The notes under the pieces are model-generated. The model made no database searches. It was given only the letters and a program-made list of their open reading frames with translations, and had not been told where the DNA came from. This document shows, piece after piece, positions 23,456-34,150 of a stretch of DNA of 64,000 nt. The first letter of the stretch is position 1; each line of letters starts with the position of its first letter. Made by a program: the position numbers and the translations under genes. The stretch comes from an uncultured Gammaproteobacteria bacterium (GTDB taxonomy: Bacteria > Pseudomonadota > Gammaproteobacteria > CAWCPV01). The stretch covers positions 320,001 through 384,000 of the forward strand of contig CAWCPV010000004.1 of NCBI GenBank assembly GCA_963797555.1, given 5' to 3'.

Positions 23456-24229
23456 CGCAAAGAGTGTCGGTGGTGTCCACCACGATCGATCCGTAACGGT
23501 TCAGTTTATCTCAGAAAGCACGGTATGCCATCCGCGGCCGCGAAGCTAAGGCCGGTTTTATGGTAGGGTGTATGTGGCAGGTCTACAGGTTCTGTCCTCC
23601 AACCGGAAGGTTTACTGTGTCCCGCCGAGGCGGCCGAGGATGTCGAGGGGAGAAAAGATGACGCATGGGTTGGGTCCGCCGCAGGAGCCCGAATCGCGCT
23701 CGTAACCTGCCTTGCAGGGTAAGCCCGACTCGTCCCCTCGGAGGTCAAACAAGGATCGGGCGATGCCGCGGTTTGGCCTGGCCGGGCGGCGGGGTTTCGC
23801 ACCGGTATGCCGTTTAGTTCATGAGCGAGCGGAGCCAGCAGGAGGAAGCGGAGGTCACCGGGCAGCGGATTGGAGGCACACCAGACGTTCTACGATGGCA
23901 ACCCGTATTAAGGAATCTTTGGTTCAGGCCGCTCCACCGCACGTTTCCCGAGGTTGCCCGTACGAAGGCTGCGCTGAGAGCGTTGGCATCCGCGGCGGGA
24001 GGACCCGTCGCCGGCGGTGTCAGTTGCCGTGGCGGCCCTCCGGACGCTGGGCCATGAATCGTGAAGGCGCGGGACCGAGCGCCAGGAGACTCCGGGCCGT
24101 AAACTCACCGGAGGGCCGCCACACGCTTGGCTGCGAAATGACCTGTCGCGGGTCGTGGCAGTTTGTGCCATGCGCACACAAGAGACGGCTTGGCCACGGA
24201 TTATGGTTCGCCGCTGGAGCCTATGTGCC

Positions 24230-24926
24230 ATGGATCTGTCTTCTTGCAGCCATGGCCCCTGTTCCTCTAGACGCTGCGCGTGGCGCGTCGTTCGGACGCG
24301 GTCTGGGTGCTGATATCGGGCTATGGGGCTGCCCTGCCGGAGTGGGACCCGCTTCCGCCTCCGAACCCGCCGTTCTGCTGCGAGCTTCCGGGCGGATCTA
24401 CCGATGGGTCGACGAGCGCGGTCTGCTGCATTTCAGTGACAGGCCTCCGCCGCCACCGCCGCCGCCTCCCGAGCCGGAACAGCCTGGCGCCGGGCCGTCG
24501 CCCGCAGTGCCCGGCGCAGCCGCGCCTGGTTCGGCGCAGCCGGCCCCAGCCGCCGCCGAACCGCCTGCGGGCCCGCCATCGCCCGAGGCTCCCAGCCTCG
24601 CAGTTCCCAGTCGGCCGGCGATGCCCGCCGCGCCCTTCGCACCGGCCGGACCAGACCAGGCGTCGTCCGCGGAGAAGCCCGGTCCTGGCGGAGCAGAGGC
24701 TGCACCGGCGGACATCACCGTCGGAATGACACGGATCCAGGTGATGCGCTTGTGGGGCAGGCCAGACCACATCTTGCGCGCGCCGGGGCCGCATGGCTCG
24801 GATGAGCAGTGGGTTTACGAAGAAGGTCCGCGGGTGACGCAGCGCATCGACCTCGCTGGCGGAAGGGTAGTAGGCGTCCAGACTCCGGACCTGAGGGCTC
24901 GGCGCGGCGACGCAAGTTCCCGATAG
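24230..24926 (+). CDS. DUF4124-like protein with Pro-rich linker (start uncertain)
   Basis: 'IYRWVDERGLLHFSDRPP'; C-terminal 'GMTRIQVMRLWGRPD...EQWVY'. Confidence 0.6.
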
Positions 24927-24985
24927 GAGCCGGTTGCTGGTGGCCAACTCGTTCAGGGCGACACACTGCAGGAGGTGCGCCTAGA

Positions 24986-25705
24986 GTGTGGATCTTGCGG
25001 CTCGTCCATCGCGTGATCTTCGCCGGGGTTGCGTGGGGCGTTGGAGGTGCGATGTTCGGGGCCGGCTTCGGCGCGTTGGCTCGTGAGGTCGGGGTGCCCC
25101 TCGCCGGAGCGCTGGCGGGTGCGCTGGTTGGGGCCGTCTACGGGGCTGGACAGGTCGTTGCGGTCGCCGCGGTAGCCGGGATTGCCGCATGGGTTGCCGG
25201 GCAGTACGCGGCGGCAGCCGATTGGGCCGTGATGTCGGCGATGGTGAGCGGCATGCTCGCTGGGATGCTTTTCGTGGTGCTAGGGATAGGAATCGGCGCG
25301 GCGACCCCGAAGGCCCTGGCGGGTGCGGCCGCAGGCGCCGTGGCGGGTCTGATGGTATGGGCTTTGACGCGGGCGGCGACGCCGGATGTGGCAACGACAT
25401 CCGCCTGGCTGGTAGTCATCGCGGGGGCACTATACCAACGCATCCTCGGCGCCGTGGCGGAACGAGTCGCGCGGCGGGCCCCTCAACTGGGCGTGGGTGC
25501 ATTGAATGGAGCGCTCGTCGGCCTTATTGTCGGCGGACTGGTCTGGAGTCTGGGCCGGAGCGATATCGGCCCCGCCAGAGAGGCTCTGACTCAAGCCATG
25601 TGTGGCGCGGCGGGGGGCGCCCTGGGAGGGGCTGCGGCGGGCGCCCTCCTGGTTCTGGTCGCGGCCCTGCGGCGCCGAGGAGAGCCGCAGCCGCCTCCCG
25701 TGTAG
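24986..25705 (+). CDS. Gly/Ala-rich membrane protein
   Basis: Multiple hydrophobic segments; start approximate. Confidence 0.55.
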   Translation: MWILRLVHRVIFAGVAWGVGGAMFGAGFGALAREVGVPLAGALAGALVGAVYGAGQVVAVAAVAGIAAWVAGQYAAAADWAVMSAMVSGMLAGMLFVVLGIGIGAATPKALAGAAAGAVAGLMVWALTRAATPDVATTSAWLVVIAGALYQRILGAVAERVARRAPQLGVGALNGALVGLIVGGLVWSLGRSDIGPAREALTQAMCGAAGGALGGAAAGALLVLVAALRRRGEPQPPPV

Positions 25706-25706
25706 G

Positions 25707-25931
25707 TCAGCGGTTGTAGCGCACGATGAAGAGTGCCGACAGTGGCACAGATTGGGTCCACTCCTCCTCGTAAGCCGCATCGTGGGTGAACACGGCAAAA
25801 TCATCGTGCACCTCCACGAGCTTGAACGGCCCTTTGTCGAGCAGCATGAACTCGAAGAGCGGCCGCTCATGCGTGGCGGACAGCGTCCCGCGTTGGCCGA
25901 TCAAGTCCTCCAGATAGTCCCGAAAGATCAT
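25707..25931 (-). CDS. Small hypothetical protein
   Basis: GGAGG upstream; protein-like composition. Confidence 0.6.
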   Translation of the reverse strand: MIFRDYLEDLIGQRGTLSATHERPLFEFMLLDKGPFKLVEVHDDFAVFTHDAAYEEEWTQSVPLSALFIVRYNR

Positions 25932-26045
25932 TATGCCAAGCCTCCTTCGCCCAACAATTCCTGACCGCGGCGCAAAGCCGTGCTCGAGCTACTCGGCGGG
26001 CTACAGAGCAGGGCCGCTAAGGGCCGCAGGCCGATCGGCAAGATT

Positions 26046-26708
26046 TCAACGGCGCCCCAGCAGCACGTACACGGCCCCGGTACCGCCGTCCGCCGGTCTG
26101 GCCGAGCAAAACGCCAGCACCTCCTCGCGTTGCTGCAGCCACCTCTCCACCACGCCCTTGAGCACGGGCCGGCGGCCCGGTGAGCCGCGCCCCTTTCCGT
26201 GCACGATACGCACGCATCGCACCCCATCCCGCAAGCTGTCCCCGAGGAATCCTGCGAGGGCGGCGCGGGCCACTGGGACCCTCATCCCGTGCAGATCGAT
26301 CTCGCCCTGCACGCTGAACTGACCCCTTCGAAGCTTACGCAGCAGCCCTTGCTGCAAACCGGCTCGCCGATACCACAGCTCCTCCCCCGTCTCCAGCTCG
26401 GCTACCGCCGGGTCGATGGTCAACAACTCTCGGAGCACCTGCGCGTCATCGAGGCTACGTTGCGCGGGAATCGGGGGTGGCGCAAGAGCGTGCCAGGTGA
26501 TCCGGTCACTTTCTATGCGGTTCACGGGACCGACCGTTTGGCGAAAAAGCAGCGCTTCGTCGGCTGCGACCCCTGCATCGGACTCCGCTCGCGTTGCGTT
26601 CGGGCGGCTGTGTCCGAGTGCCCGCAGAAGCTCGCCCCGCAGAGCCCCAGGGGGGGGCTGCCCGGCTTTGGATCGACGGTCGGCGCTCATGCGGTTACCC
26701 ACAGTCAC
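26046..26708 (-). CDS. Smr/MutS-domain endonuclease
   Basis: 'IDLHGM', 'IVHGKGRGS', 'DGGTGAVYVLL'. Confidence 0.92.
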   Translation of the reverse strand: MTVGNRMSADRRSKAGQPPPGALRGELLRALGHSRPNATRAESDAGVAADEALLFRQTVGPVNRIESDRITWHALAPPPIPAQRSLDDAQVLRELLTIDPAVAELETGEELWYRRAGLQQGLLRKLRRGQFSVQGEIDLHGMRVPVARAALAGFLGDSLRDGVRCVRIVHGKGRGSPGRRPVLKGVVERWLQQREEVLAFCSARPADGGTGAVYVLLGRR

Positions 26709-27463
26709 TGGGCGTTGAAGGCCCCGCCGCTGACGCCGCGGCTGTCTGGGCCCATCAGGTACAGGTATCCACTCATGGTGGCTTCGGGTGTCTTGAGACG
26801 CCCCGGATCCTCCCCAGGATAGGCCCGGGCACGCAGCCCGGTCCGCACCGGACCGGGATCGATGCTGTTGCAGCGCACGCCGGCGGTCTCGAGCTCGTCC
26901 GCCCAGATCTGCATCAGCCCCTCCACAGCGAACTTGGAGACACCGTAAGCGCCCCAGTAGGCTCGCCCCTTACGCCCGACCGCACACGAGGTGAATAGTA
27001 GAGACGCATCCGGGGCTCTCTTCAGGAGCGCTTCGCATGCCCGGGTGAGCAGGAACGGCGCATTCAGGTTGACCCGCATTACCTGGTACCAGACCTTGGT
27101 GTCATAAAGGCCGAGCGGTGTCAGGGTTCCCAGCACCGCGGCGTTATGCAGCAGACCGTCGAGGCGTCCGAACTCGCGGTCGATCACTTGGGCCAACGCT
27201 TCGTAGTCGTCGACGGTGGCACCTGCCAAGTCCATTGGATAGATGGCGGGCTGTGGGCCGTCGGCGTCCACGATGGCGTCATAAACGCGGTTCAGCTTGG
27301 CCACCGTGCGACCTAGGAGGATGACGGTGGCGCCATGCTCAGCGAAGCTGAGCGACGCCGCCCGTCCCAGACCGTCGCCTGCCCCTGTCACCAGGATGAC
27401 GCGTCCCGTCAGCAGATGCGCCGCCGGGCGGTAGTCCATGAGATGTTCCACAGCCAGCCCCAT
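26705..27463 (-). CDS. yciK: YciK-family short-chain oxidoreductase
   Basis: 'TGAGDGLG', 'AYWGAYGVSK', 'RARAYPGED'. Confidence 0.88.
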   Translation of the reverse strand: MGLAVEHLMDYRPAAHLLTGRVILVTGAGDGLGRAASLSFAEHGATVILLGRTVAKLNRVYDAIVDADGPQPAIYPMDLAGATVDDYEALAQVIDREFGRLDGLLHNAAVLGTLTPLGLYDTKVWYQVMRVNLNAPFLLTRACEALLKRAPDASLLFTSCAVGRKGRAYWGAYGVSKFAVEGLMQIWADELETAGVRCNSIDPGPVRTGLRARAYPGEDPGRLKTPEATMSGYLYLMGPDSRGVSGGAFNAQ

Positions 27464-27774
27464 CCCCCGTCCCCCGCCCACGCACACCGCCGCGCGGCAT
27501 ACGCGGCCGGTGCCGCCACTCGATGCTCGACCCGATCCACAGCTCCCGTAACAGCGCGATCGCAATCCGACATGGCGGCGGGTGTTAGTTTCGCGACTCA
27601 GCGCTCCTCCCAGAGGGCCGAGCGTTGCCGGACGATCTCGTGCAGCTTCCCCCGGAAGGCAGGCGGGGCCGCCGGGGCGTTTCGTTCCCCCGCAGGGGGA
27701 GGGAGATCGCCCTGCGGCAGACAAGACTCGATCCGCTCGAAACGGCTCGCCCCCCGTAACACACGCCCGCCGGC

Positions 27775-28728
27775 TCATCGGACGCTGCGCTTGCGTCTGG
27801 AGACTGCCCTCCACCCGATCCAGACCCAATCTCTGGGGCCTAGGCCGGGTCTGGTAAATGGGTCCTGCCGTGTTTGCAGGCGCTGCAGCATGCATGCTGC
27901 GCTGGACAGCACCAGACGAACCTCCAGCCTCGCGCGCCCCTTGAGCGAGGCGGCGAGTGGGGCACCGGCGGCGAGCAGACGACGCACCCTGTCGAGCTGT
28001 AGCCCGACAAGCCGGAATAGAGGCTCGTCGCTGTAACGGCCGCGGAAATGTTCCTCGGTGACGCCGAAACGGGCCATCTCGTCCTGGGGCAGATAGATAC
28101 GACCGCGCTGATGATAGTCTGCCCCGACATTGCCGATGACCCGCATCAACTGGACCGCTGTGCAGATGGCATCAGCGCACGCGAGGGTGGGGGGGGTGGC
28201 GGTACGGTACAGGTGCAGCAGCAGGCGGCCGACGGGATTGGCCGTGCACCGGCAATAGTCGATGAGCTCGCGGAAGCTGGCGTAGCGCGTCCTCTCGACG
28301 TCCATGCGGCAACCTCGCAGAAGGTCGTAAAACGCCTCGGTGGGCAAGGGATGGCGCGCAAGAACGTGTGCCAATGCCACGAAGAGGGCATCGGTCAGGG
28401 TCCCGCCTGCCTTTAGGATATCAAGCTTGGCCTCCAGCCCGGCCAACGCCATGATGCGCTCCTCGGCGGTCTGTTCGCTGCGACTGGCCAAGTCGGTCGC
28501 CGTCCGCGTAAAGGCGTAGATCACGGTTACGGGCTTGCGTAGTTCCCGAGGTAACAGAAGCGAGGCGACCGGAAAGTTCTCGTAATGGCAGCGGGCGAGT
28601 GCCAGGCAGTGCGCGTAAGCATCCTGGAGCCGCAGGGTCGCGGATGGCGCCTGGGCTCGTTGCACGTCCGGATAGGGCGTCGGGACGGCGGGGGGAGGGT
28701 TGGAGTGAGTTGGGTCCATGCGCATCAT
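27775..28728 (-). CDS. hpnC: Squalene synthase HpnC-like
   Basis: 'HYENFPVASLLLP', 'YCRCTANPVGRLLL', 'GRIYLPQDE'; the Asp-rich motifs look degenerate. Confidence 0.8.
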   Translation of the reverse strand: MMRMDPTHSNPPPAVPTPYPDVQRAQAPSATLRLQDAYAHCLALARCHYENFPVASLLLPRELRKPVTVIYAFTRTATDLASRSEQTAEERIMALAGLEAKLDILKAGGTLTDALFVALAHVLARHPLPTEAFYDLLRGCRMDVERTRYASFRELIDYCRCTANPVGRLLLHLYRTATPPTLACADAICTAVQLMRVIGNVGADYHQRGRIYLPQDEMARFGVTEEHFRGRYSDEPLFRLVGLQLDRVRRLLAAGAPLAASLKGRARLEVRLVLSSAACMLQRLQTRQDPFTRPGLGPRDWVWIGWRAVSRRKRSVR

Positions 28729-29400
28729 CCCGGCGGCCGAACAGTTGGCCCGGACCAGTGCTGGCGGCGTGTTGGGTCAAACAACCGATGGCGCCTCGCG
28801 CCCCGGTCCGCTGCCCGGGCAGGATGCTCGTCGACAGATCCTGGCGGTGCGCGGCGCCTGTTGTCAAGAACAGTCACAATAAACGGGCAGGGGAGCCATG
28901 CGGGTGGCACCACGGTCGCATCCAACTCCCTCGATGCGTCTCTTTGGCGCACGCAAAGCGAGACCACAGGGGTGGGCGCTGCGGGAGCGCCGGGGGTTCT
29001 TGGGGGGCGCAGACTCGCCAGGACCCGGGGGCCGTTGTGCGGGTCCCGGAGGAGTAGGTGGCCCGGAAAATCGCTCGGTACCGGGCCTCGCAGGCCCACG
29101 GTGGAATGCGCCCTCATCCGCGCATCCCAACGCCCCCGCTCCTGCGGCCCAAGCAGGGGTCCCTGCACCTCCGGGAGCACGCTGGCATGCGCGTCCTTCC
29201 AGGGCACCGCCGACTCAGAAAGGCCCCGAGCGTTCGGGCGTGCGCGAGCGCGACTCCCCTTCTTGGCACAACGTCCTCCCTATCGGGAAGTTGGGAGACA
29301 CTGGGACAGAATGCGGGGATGGTGGTGGTACCGCCGAGTCCGCCTGCGAGAATCAGTTAGAATAATAGACTTCGGAGTCGGACAGCAGAGAAGCGACCGC

Positions 29401-30468
29401 ATGCGACCGACGCAGGTCCTTTCGGTATTGGACAGGGAGTTCGTGAGTGCCCGCGAGGGACATCACACTCCGGTGATGTTGTGGGGGCCGCCCGGGGTCG
29501 GCAAGTCTCAAATGGTGGGGCAGGTAGCAGCTCGGCACGGCGTGCCCGTCCTCGACATCCGGCTGTCCCAGATGGAGCCCACCGACCTGCGCGGGATTCC
29601 GTTCAGAGTGGACAGCCGCGTGGAGTGGGCGGTGCCGGTCATGCTGCCCGACGGTCGGCGCCACGGACCGGAGGGTATCTTATTTCTGGACGAGATCACG
29701 TCTGCTGCACCTACGGTATCGGCCGCAGCCTATCAGCTCATATTGGATCGGCGCCTAGGCGAGTATCGCGTCCCGGACGGGTGGGCCATATTCGCTGCCG
29801 GCAACCGCCAGGGTGACCGCGGGGTCACCTACAGCATGCCGGCGCCGCTCGCCAACCGGTTCTCGCACTTCGAGGTTGCCACCCACCTCGACGACTGGGT
29901 CGCATGGGCGCACGACAACGGCATCGACGAGCGGGTCATCGCCTTCTTGCGTTTTCGCCCGGAACTGCTGTTTGACTTCGATCCGGCCCGCAATCCGGTC
30001 GCCTTCCCATCGCCGCGTTCCTGGGAGTTCGCTCATCGTGCCTTGCGGAAGTTCGGCGATCTGCCCGACTTGCTCTTGGGTGCTCTCCAGGGCTGCGTCG
30101 GCCCGGCGGCCGGACTTGAGCTCAAGGCATTTATCGACAACTGGGACAAGTTGCCCGACATCGATGGCATCCTGCGGGGCGAGGAAGTACCCGTACCCAA
30201 GGAAATCGACCTCCAGTACGCCGTCGCTTCGTCGCTGGTCGGGCGCGCGCGAAGAGCCAAGAACATCGGTGGCGCGGCCGCGGTATACGGGCACATCCTC
30301 AACTACGCGCGCCGCTTTCCACAACGCGAGATGGGGGTCATGCTCGTGACAGACATGCAGCGAGCCGTGGGCGAAGAGCTATTCCGGGTACCGGAGTTCA
30401 CTGAGTGGGCTCAGGCCGTGGCTGGCGTCATGCTGTTACCGACTGAACGGGCTGCACGAGCCCGCTGA
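29401..30468 (+). CDS. MoxR-type AAA ATPase
   Basis: 'GPPGVGKS', 'LFLDE', 'AAGNR', 'LANRF', 'FPSPRSW'. Confidence 0.9.
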   Translation: MRPTQVLSVLDREFVSAREGHHTPVMLWGPPGVGKSQMVGQVAARHGVPVLDIRLSQMEPTDLRGIPFRVDSRVEWAVPVMLPDGRRHGPEGILFLDEITSAAPTVSAAAYQLILDRRLGEYRVPDGWAIFAAGNRQGDRGVTYSMPAPLANRFSHFEVATHLDDWVAWAHDNGIDERVIAFLRFRPELLFDFDPARNPVAFPSPRSWEFAHRALRKFGDLPDLLLGALQGCVGPAAGLELKAFIDNWDKLPDIDGILRGEEVPVPKEIDLQYAVASSLVGRARRAKNIGGAAAVYGHILNYARRFPQREMGVMLVTDMQRAVGEELFRVPEFTEWAQAVAGVMLLPTERAARAR

Positions 30469-31688
30469 TGGGCTCCCGCGCCAGCCCCGATACTCCCCTG
30501 GTCATGCAGGATGACGTCGAAACCAAGCTGAGCGCGGCGCGCACCCACCTCATCCTGGACAAGCCCTTTCTGGGCGCGCTGGCCCTGAGGTTGCCCCTGG
30601 TGGCTGCCGACCCCGGGTGGTGCCGCACCACGGCAACCGACGCCCGCACCTTGTACTACAACCGAGAATACATCGGCGCGCTGACCCTGGCTCAAACCCA
30701 GTTCGTGCTCTCGCATGAGGCATTGCACTGCGCCTTGCTGCACTTCATGCGCCGCCAGCACCGCGTGAAACACCGCTGGGATGTGGCCTGTGATCACGCC
30801 GTCAATCCCCTGCTCGTGGCCGATGGCCTGAGGCCGCCACCGGGAACCTTGCTGGTGGACGGCTTTGAAGGCATGACCGCGGAGGAAATCTATCCCTTCA
30901 TCAAAGACCAGACGCAAGAACAGACCCTCGACCAGCACTTGTACGACGCCGAAGGCGGCGAGGGGGAATTACAGCCGCACCAGGACGGGAACCGAAGCCC
31001 CGAGCCGGACCAGAAGGCCGGCGGGGCTCCGCGGCCTGGGCCGCTGACGCCCGCTGAGCGGGAGGCGCTCAGCGTGCAGTGGGAACAGCGACTCGCGGGT
31101 GCGGCGCAGCAGGCGTTGCAGGCGGGGAAGCTGGGCGGGGCGATGGCGCGCATGGTGGATCACTTGCTCCAGCCGCAGCTCCCGTGGCGCATGCTGCTCG
31201 CACGCCACTTGAGTACCGTGGCCCGGGACGACTACAACTTCACCCGTCCGTCCTCGCGCCGCGAGGGCCCCGCGATCCTGCCGAGTCTACGCAGCAGCCA
31301 GGTGGACCTCGTGGTGGTGCTGGATACCAGCGGTTCCATCAGACAGGAGGAGATGCACGAGTTCCTCGCCGAGATCGATGCCATCAAGGGGCAAGTGCGC
31401 GCCCGCATCACTCTGCACACCTGCGACGCGCAACTGTCTCCGGACGGACCCTGGACCTACGAGCCATGGGAGCCGGTCGAGCTTCCTAAGCAGTTTCGGG
31501 GTGGCGGGGGTACCAGCTTCGTGCCCCCGTTCGAATGGATCGACAGTTGGGATATTCCACCCGGGCTCGTTATCTACTTCACCGACGCCCAAGGCGACTT
31601 CCCGCCTCAGGAGCCCCCTTACCCCGTCCTGTGGCTGGTCAAGGGAAAGACGAAGGTGCCCTGGGGGCAGCGCATCCAACTGAACTGA
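30468..31688 (+). CDS. HExxH metallopeptidase-like + vWA domain protein (DUF2201-like)
   Basis: 'HEALH', MIDAS 'DTSGS', 'GGGGTSF', 'YFTD'. Confidence 0.88.
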   Translation: MGSRASPDTPLVMQDDVETKLSAARTHLILDKPFLGALALRLPLVAADPGWCRTTATDARTLYYNREYIGALTLAQTQFVLSHEALHCALLHFMRRQHRVKHRWDVACDHAVNPLLVADGLRPPPGTLLVDGFEGMTAEEIYPFIKDQTQEQTLDQHLYDAEGGEGELQPHQDGNRSPEPDQKAGGAPRPGPLTPAEREALSVQWEQRLAGAAQQALQAGKLGGAMARMVDHLLQPQLPWRMLLARHLSTVARDDYNFTRPSSRREGPAILPSLRSSQVDLVVVLDTSGSIRQEEMHEFLAEIDAIKGQVRARITLHTCDAQLSPDGPWTYEPWEPVELPKQFRGGGGTSFVPPFEWIDSWDIPPGLVIYFTDAQGDFPPQEPPYPVLWLVKGKTKVPWGQRIQLN

Positions 31689-31759
31689 CAGGCTGCTCGT
31701 AACGTCAGCGAGCCTCGTGTCGATGTCGCTGTCGCGACGCATCGGATGATGTACCGACC

Positions 31760-31990
31760 TGTCCTGTTGGCCCGAAGCCGTAAAGAGAAGGCCCGGTGCG
31801 CCGCCCTACGGGGGAACCAAAGCCCCCGGAGATCTTCTGTTTGGCCTTGGGCAGGCGCACGTCGCGTTCGGCTTGGTTGTTATCGAAGGGGACACGGAGA
31901 TCGGTGAGAAAGCGCAAGGTGTCGTCGCGGCGTTCGCGCAGCGCTAGTGCGCACAACGCGCCATTCTCCTCCCGCAGTCGCTCCAGCTCT
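31760..31990 (-). mobile_element. IS66-family transposase fragment
   Basis: 'LRFLTDLRVPFDNNQAERDVRLPKAKQKISGGF'. Confidence 0.8.
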
Positions 31991-32510
31991 CCGGCCAGGC
32001 ACATAGGGCGGCGTTGCAGTCTGTTTCTCATGCCTCGACTAAAGAGTCACGCATAATCAACTGTTCTGCAAGACATACCTGGATGGTTACCAGAAACAGA
32101 ACTGAAGGCGGCTGAATTTCATCCAGGTACGCCCATTGGGTTGGTCTCGAAGCCCAACGCGGCGGCACGCCGCTTCAGGGCTGCGATGGCGCTGCTGTTC
32201 TTCGTAGCGCTGCTGGCCTTGGTCGACATGTCCCCGTTGGCTCCGCTTCTCGGGCGGGACATCGAACGGGCTGGACAAGAGCCCGAGTCCGACCCTGACA
32301 GCCGAGCGCAACGCCTCTGGACAGGCCGTGGTAGCGTTTCGCTGCTAGCTGATCGGAGTCGTCTTACAAGAGCACGCCGAGTTCTTCATCGTCCCTCGGA
32401 CCTCGGGGTATCGCCGACGAACGCGTCATGCAAGCAGCGCGGTGTCCGGTTCCGTAGCCGGCCGGCGCGTGTCTCCGACGTGGCGCTCCGGTGGCGTGCG
32501 GACTTCCCGC

Positions 32511-33821
32511 CTACCACAGGGGTTCGCCCGCCAGCAGCCGTTCCCGAGCCTTCTCGTGCACCTGCCAACCCTGCCGCTCGAGCTCCTCGCGGGCGAGCCG
32601 ACTCAGCTCACCGGTGACCCATAGCTGCTTCCCGGTCACCCCCGGCAAGGCGTGCGCCTGCTCCGTCGCCGCCCGAGCCATGCGGGCCGTGTCGGGTGTC
32701 CACACCAAGTAGTCCAGCGGGAGGTTCAGCACCAGCGTGCCGTCGGCGGTCTGCGCGGCCGTCACTCTACCGATGGCCAGCAACCGTCGGATGGGGCGCA
32801 CGCCGCGATGGAATCCCGCATACATCTGGGCCATCCGCTGCCGGAACAGGGCCTGCTCCTCGCTGGCCGTGTTGACCGCAGACTTGACCAGCACGCCCCG
32901 GTCCGCGACACCGGTCATCTGGCCCAAGGCATGCACCAACAGCGTCTGACGCGTCGGCGAGAACGCAGTATTGTCGAGGAACAGGTCGCCGGTCTCCGGG
33001 GAGACTCCCATCCCCCGCAGCCTGTCACGGTTCATACGGCGCAGATCGTTCGGCGGCTGCCGGGCGATTTCATTAAGTGTCTCGCTGTCGCCCGACATCG
33101 ACGCCGCGACCCCGACACCTCCCGGGATGGCCGCCAGGGCCAGGCGCAGGCTCATCCCGCCCGCGTAGTCCGCCCACGCAATGTCGTCCAACTGTTTTTG
33201 CAGAACCTTGTTCGAAGAGTAAACGTCGACACCGAATTTCTGGGCGATCTCGCGTTTCGTCTTGGAGAATCCGATCGCAGTTTGCCACCCGTTGCCCTGA
33301 GTGTCGTTGCCCGAGAGACTCTCGCCCACACTGTGAAAGAGGCTTGCGACGCCGGTGACCGCGCCCTCGAGGGTTCCGACCGGGTTGGTCACAAGGTTCC
33401 TGGCCCCGGTCATCACGTTAGTTCCAGCCTTTGCCGCCGCATTGGCGAATTCATTGGTCCCCCGAACCGCCGACATGGCCGCGATCGCGTCAATCTCGTG
33501 GACTCGGATGCGCAGAAACGCGGTGGACGGGGCCTTGAACGGCCCGAAGTCGGACTCGATGGTGTAAGTATTCATGTACCCGTCATTACGAACCGTCTCC
33601 TGCACACGATAGTACTTCCCTGCCAGCAGCCCCGAGGGAAGAATCCGGGAAGCCTTCAGGATAGGGAGCGATTCGTACCGCTCTGCGGCCGCCGAGGCGA
33701 GACCGGTCGCCAATACCAAGGCGGCGATCACGGCGGCGCCGGCACGGGCGCGGCCGTCACCGCGCGGGGGACGCGCCCGCGGGTCGGCCCGGTCGGGTGA
33801 GTTGTGGGCATGGCACATCAT
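32511..33821 (-). CDS. Exported hypothetical protein
   Basis: 436-aa ORF with GGAG RBS and signal-like segment. Confidence 0.75.
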   Translation of the reverse strand: MMCHAHNSPDRADPRARPPRGDGRARAGAAVIAALVLATGLASAAAERYESLPILKASRILPSGLLAGKYYRVQETVRNDGYMNTYTIESDFGPFKAPSTAFLRIRVHEIDAIAAMSAVRGTNEFANAAAKAGTNVMTGARNLVTNPVGTLEGAVTGVASLFHSVGESLSGNDTQGNGWQTAIGFSKTKREIAQKFGVDVYSSNKVLQKQLDDIAWADYAGGMSLRLALAAIPGGVGVAASMSGDSETLNEIARQPPNDLRRMNRDRLRGMGVSPETGDLFLDNTAFSPTRQTLLVHALGQMTGVADRGVLVKSAVNTASEEQALFRQRMAQMYAGFHRGVRPIRRLLAIGRVTAAQTADGTLVLNLPLDYLVWTPDTARMARAATEQAHALPGVTGKQLWVTGELSRLAREELERQGWQVHEKARERLLAGEPLW

Positions 33822-34150
33822 GATGTCTCCATATGCTTTTAATGCTTTTATACTTTCTCGGACCGCCGAACAGTTAAATCGCGCAGCCGGCGGCGGTAAC
33901 CACGCCATGTATGGTCCACCGGGAAGTTCCATGGCGAGACCTCGCAAGTCACCCTGCGGGAATCAGACGCCTGGGCATCGACGCGGGGCTTCGAACCGCT
34001 ACAGCCTCGCGCGTCCGGGCGTAACCTTTGACCGCCGCTCGCCCACAGGCATCAGTGGCATGCAGCAGCCGCAGACCTCCTCCTCACGCAACTCACCAGC
34101 GCGCTGGACGAGGCCCGCGGCGCTCGATCAAGCCGATGCGGCGCCCGCGC

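Noticed and set aside
23500-24200. Possible structured RNA in the long intergenic gap
   Set aside because: No recognisable tRNA, tmRNA, SRP, 6S or riboswitch motif; an Rfam/Infernal scan would be needed.
28585-29400. N-terminal extension of the MoxR ORF
   Set aside because: Low-complexity, not protein-like; the recognisable protein starts at 29401.
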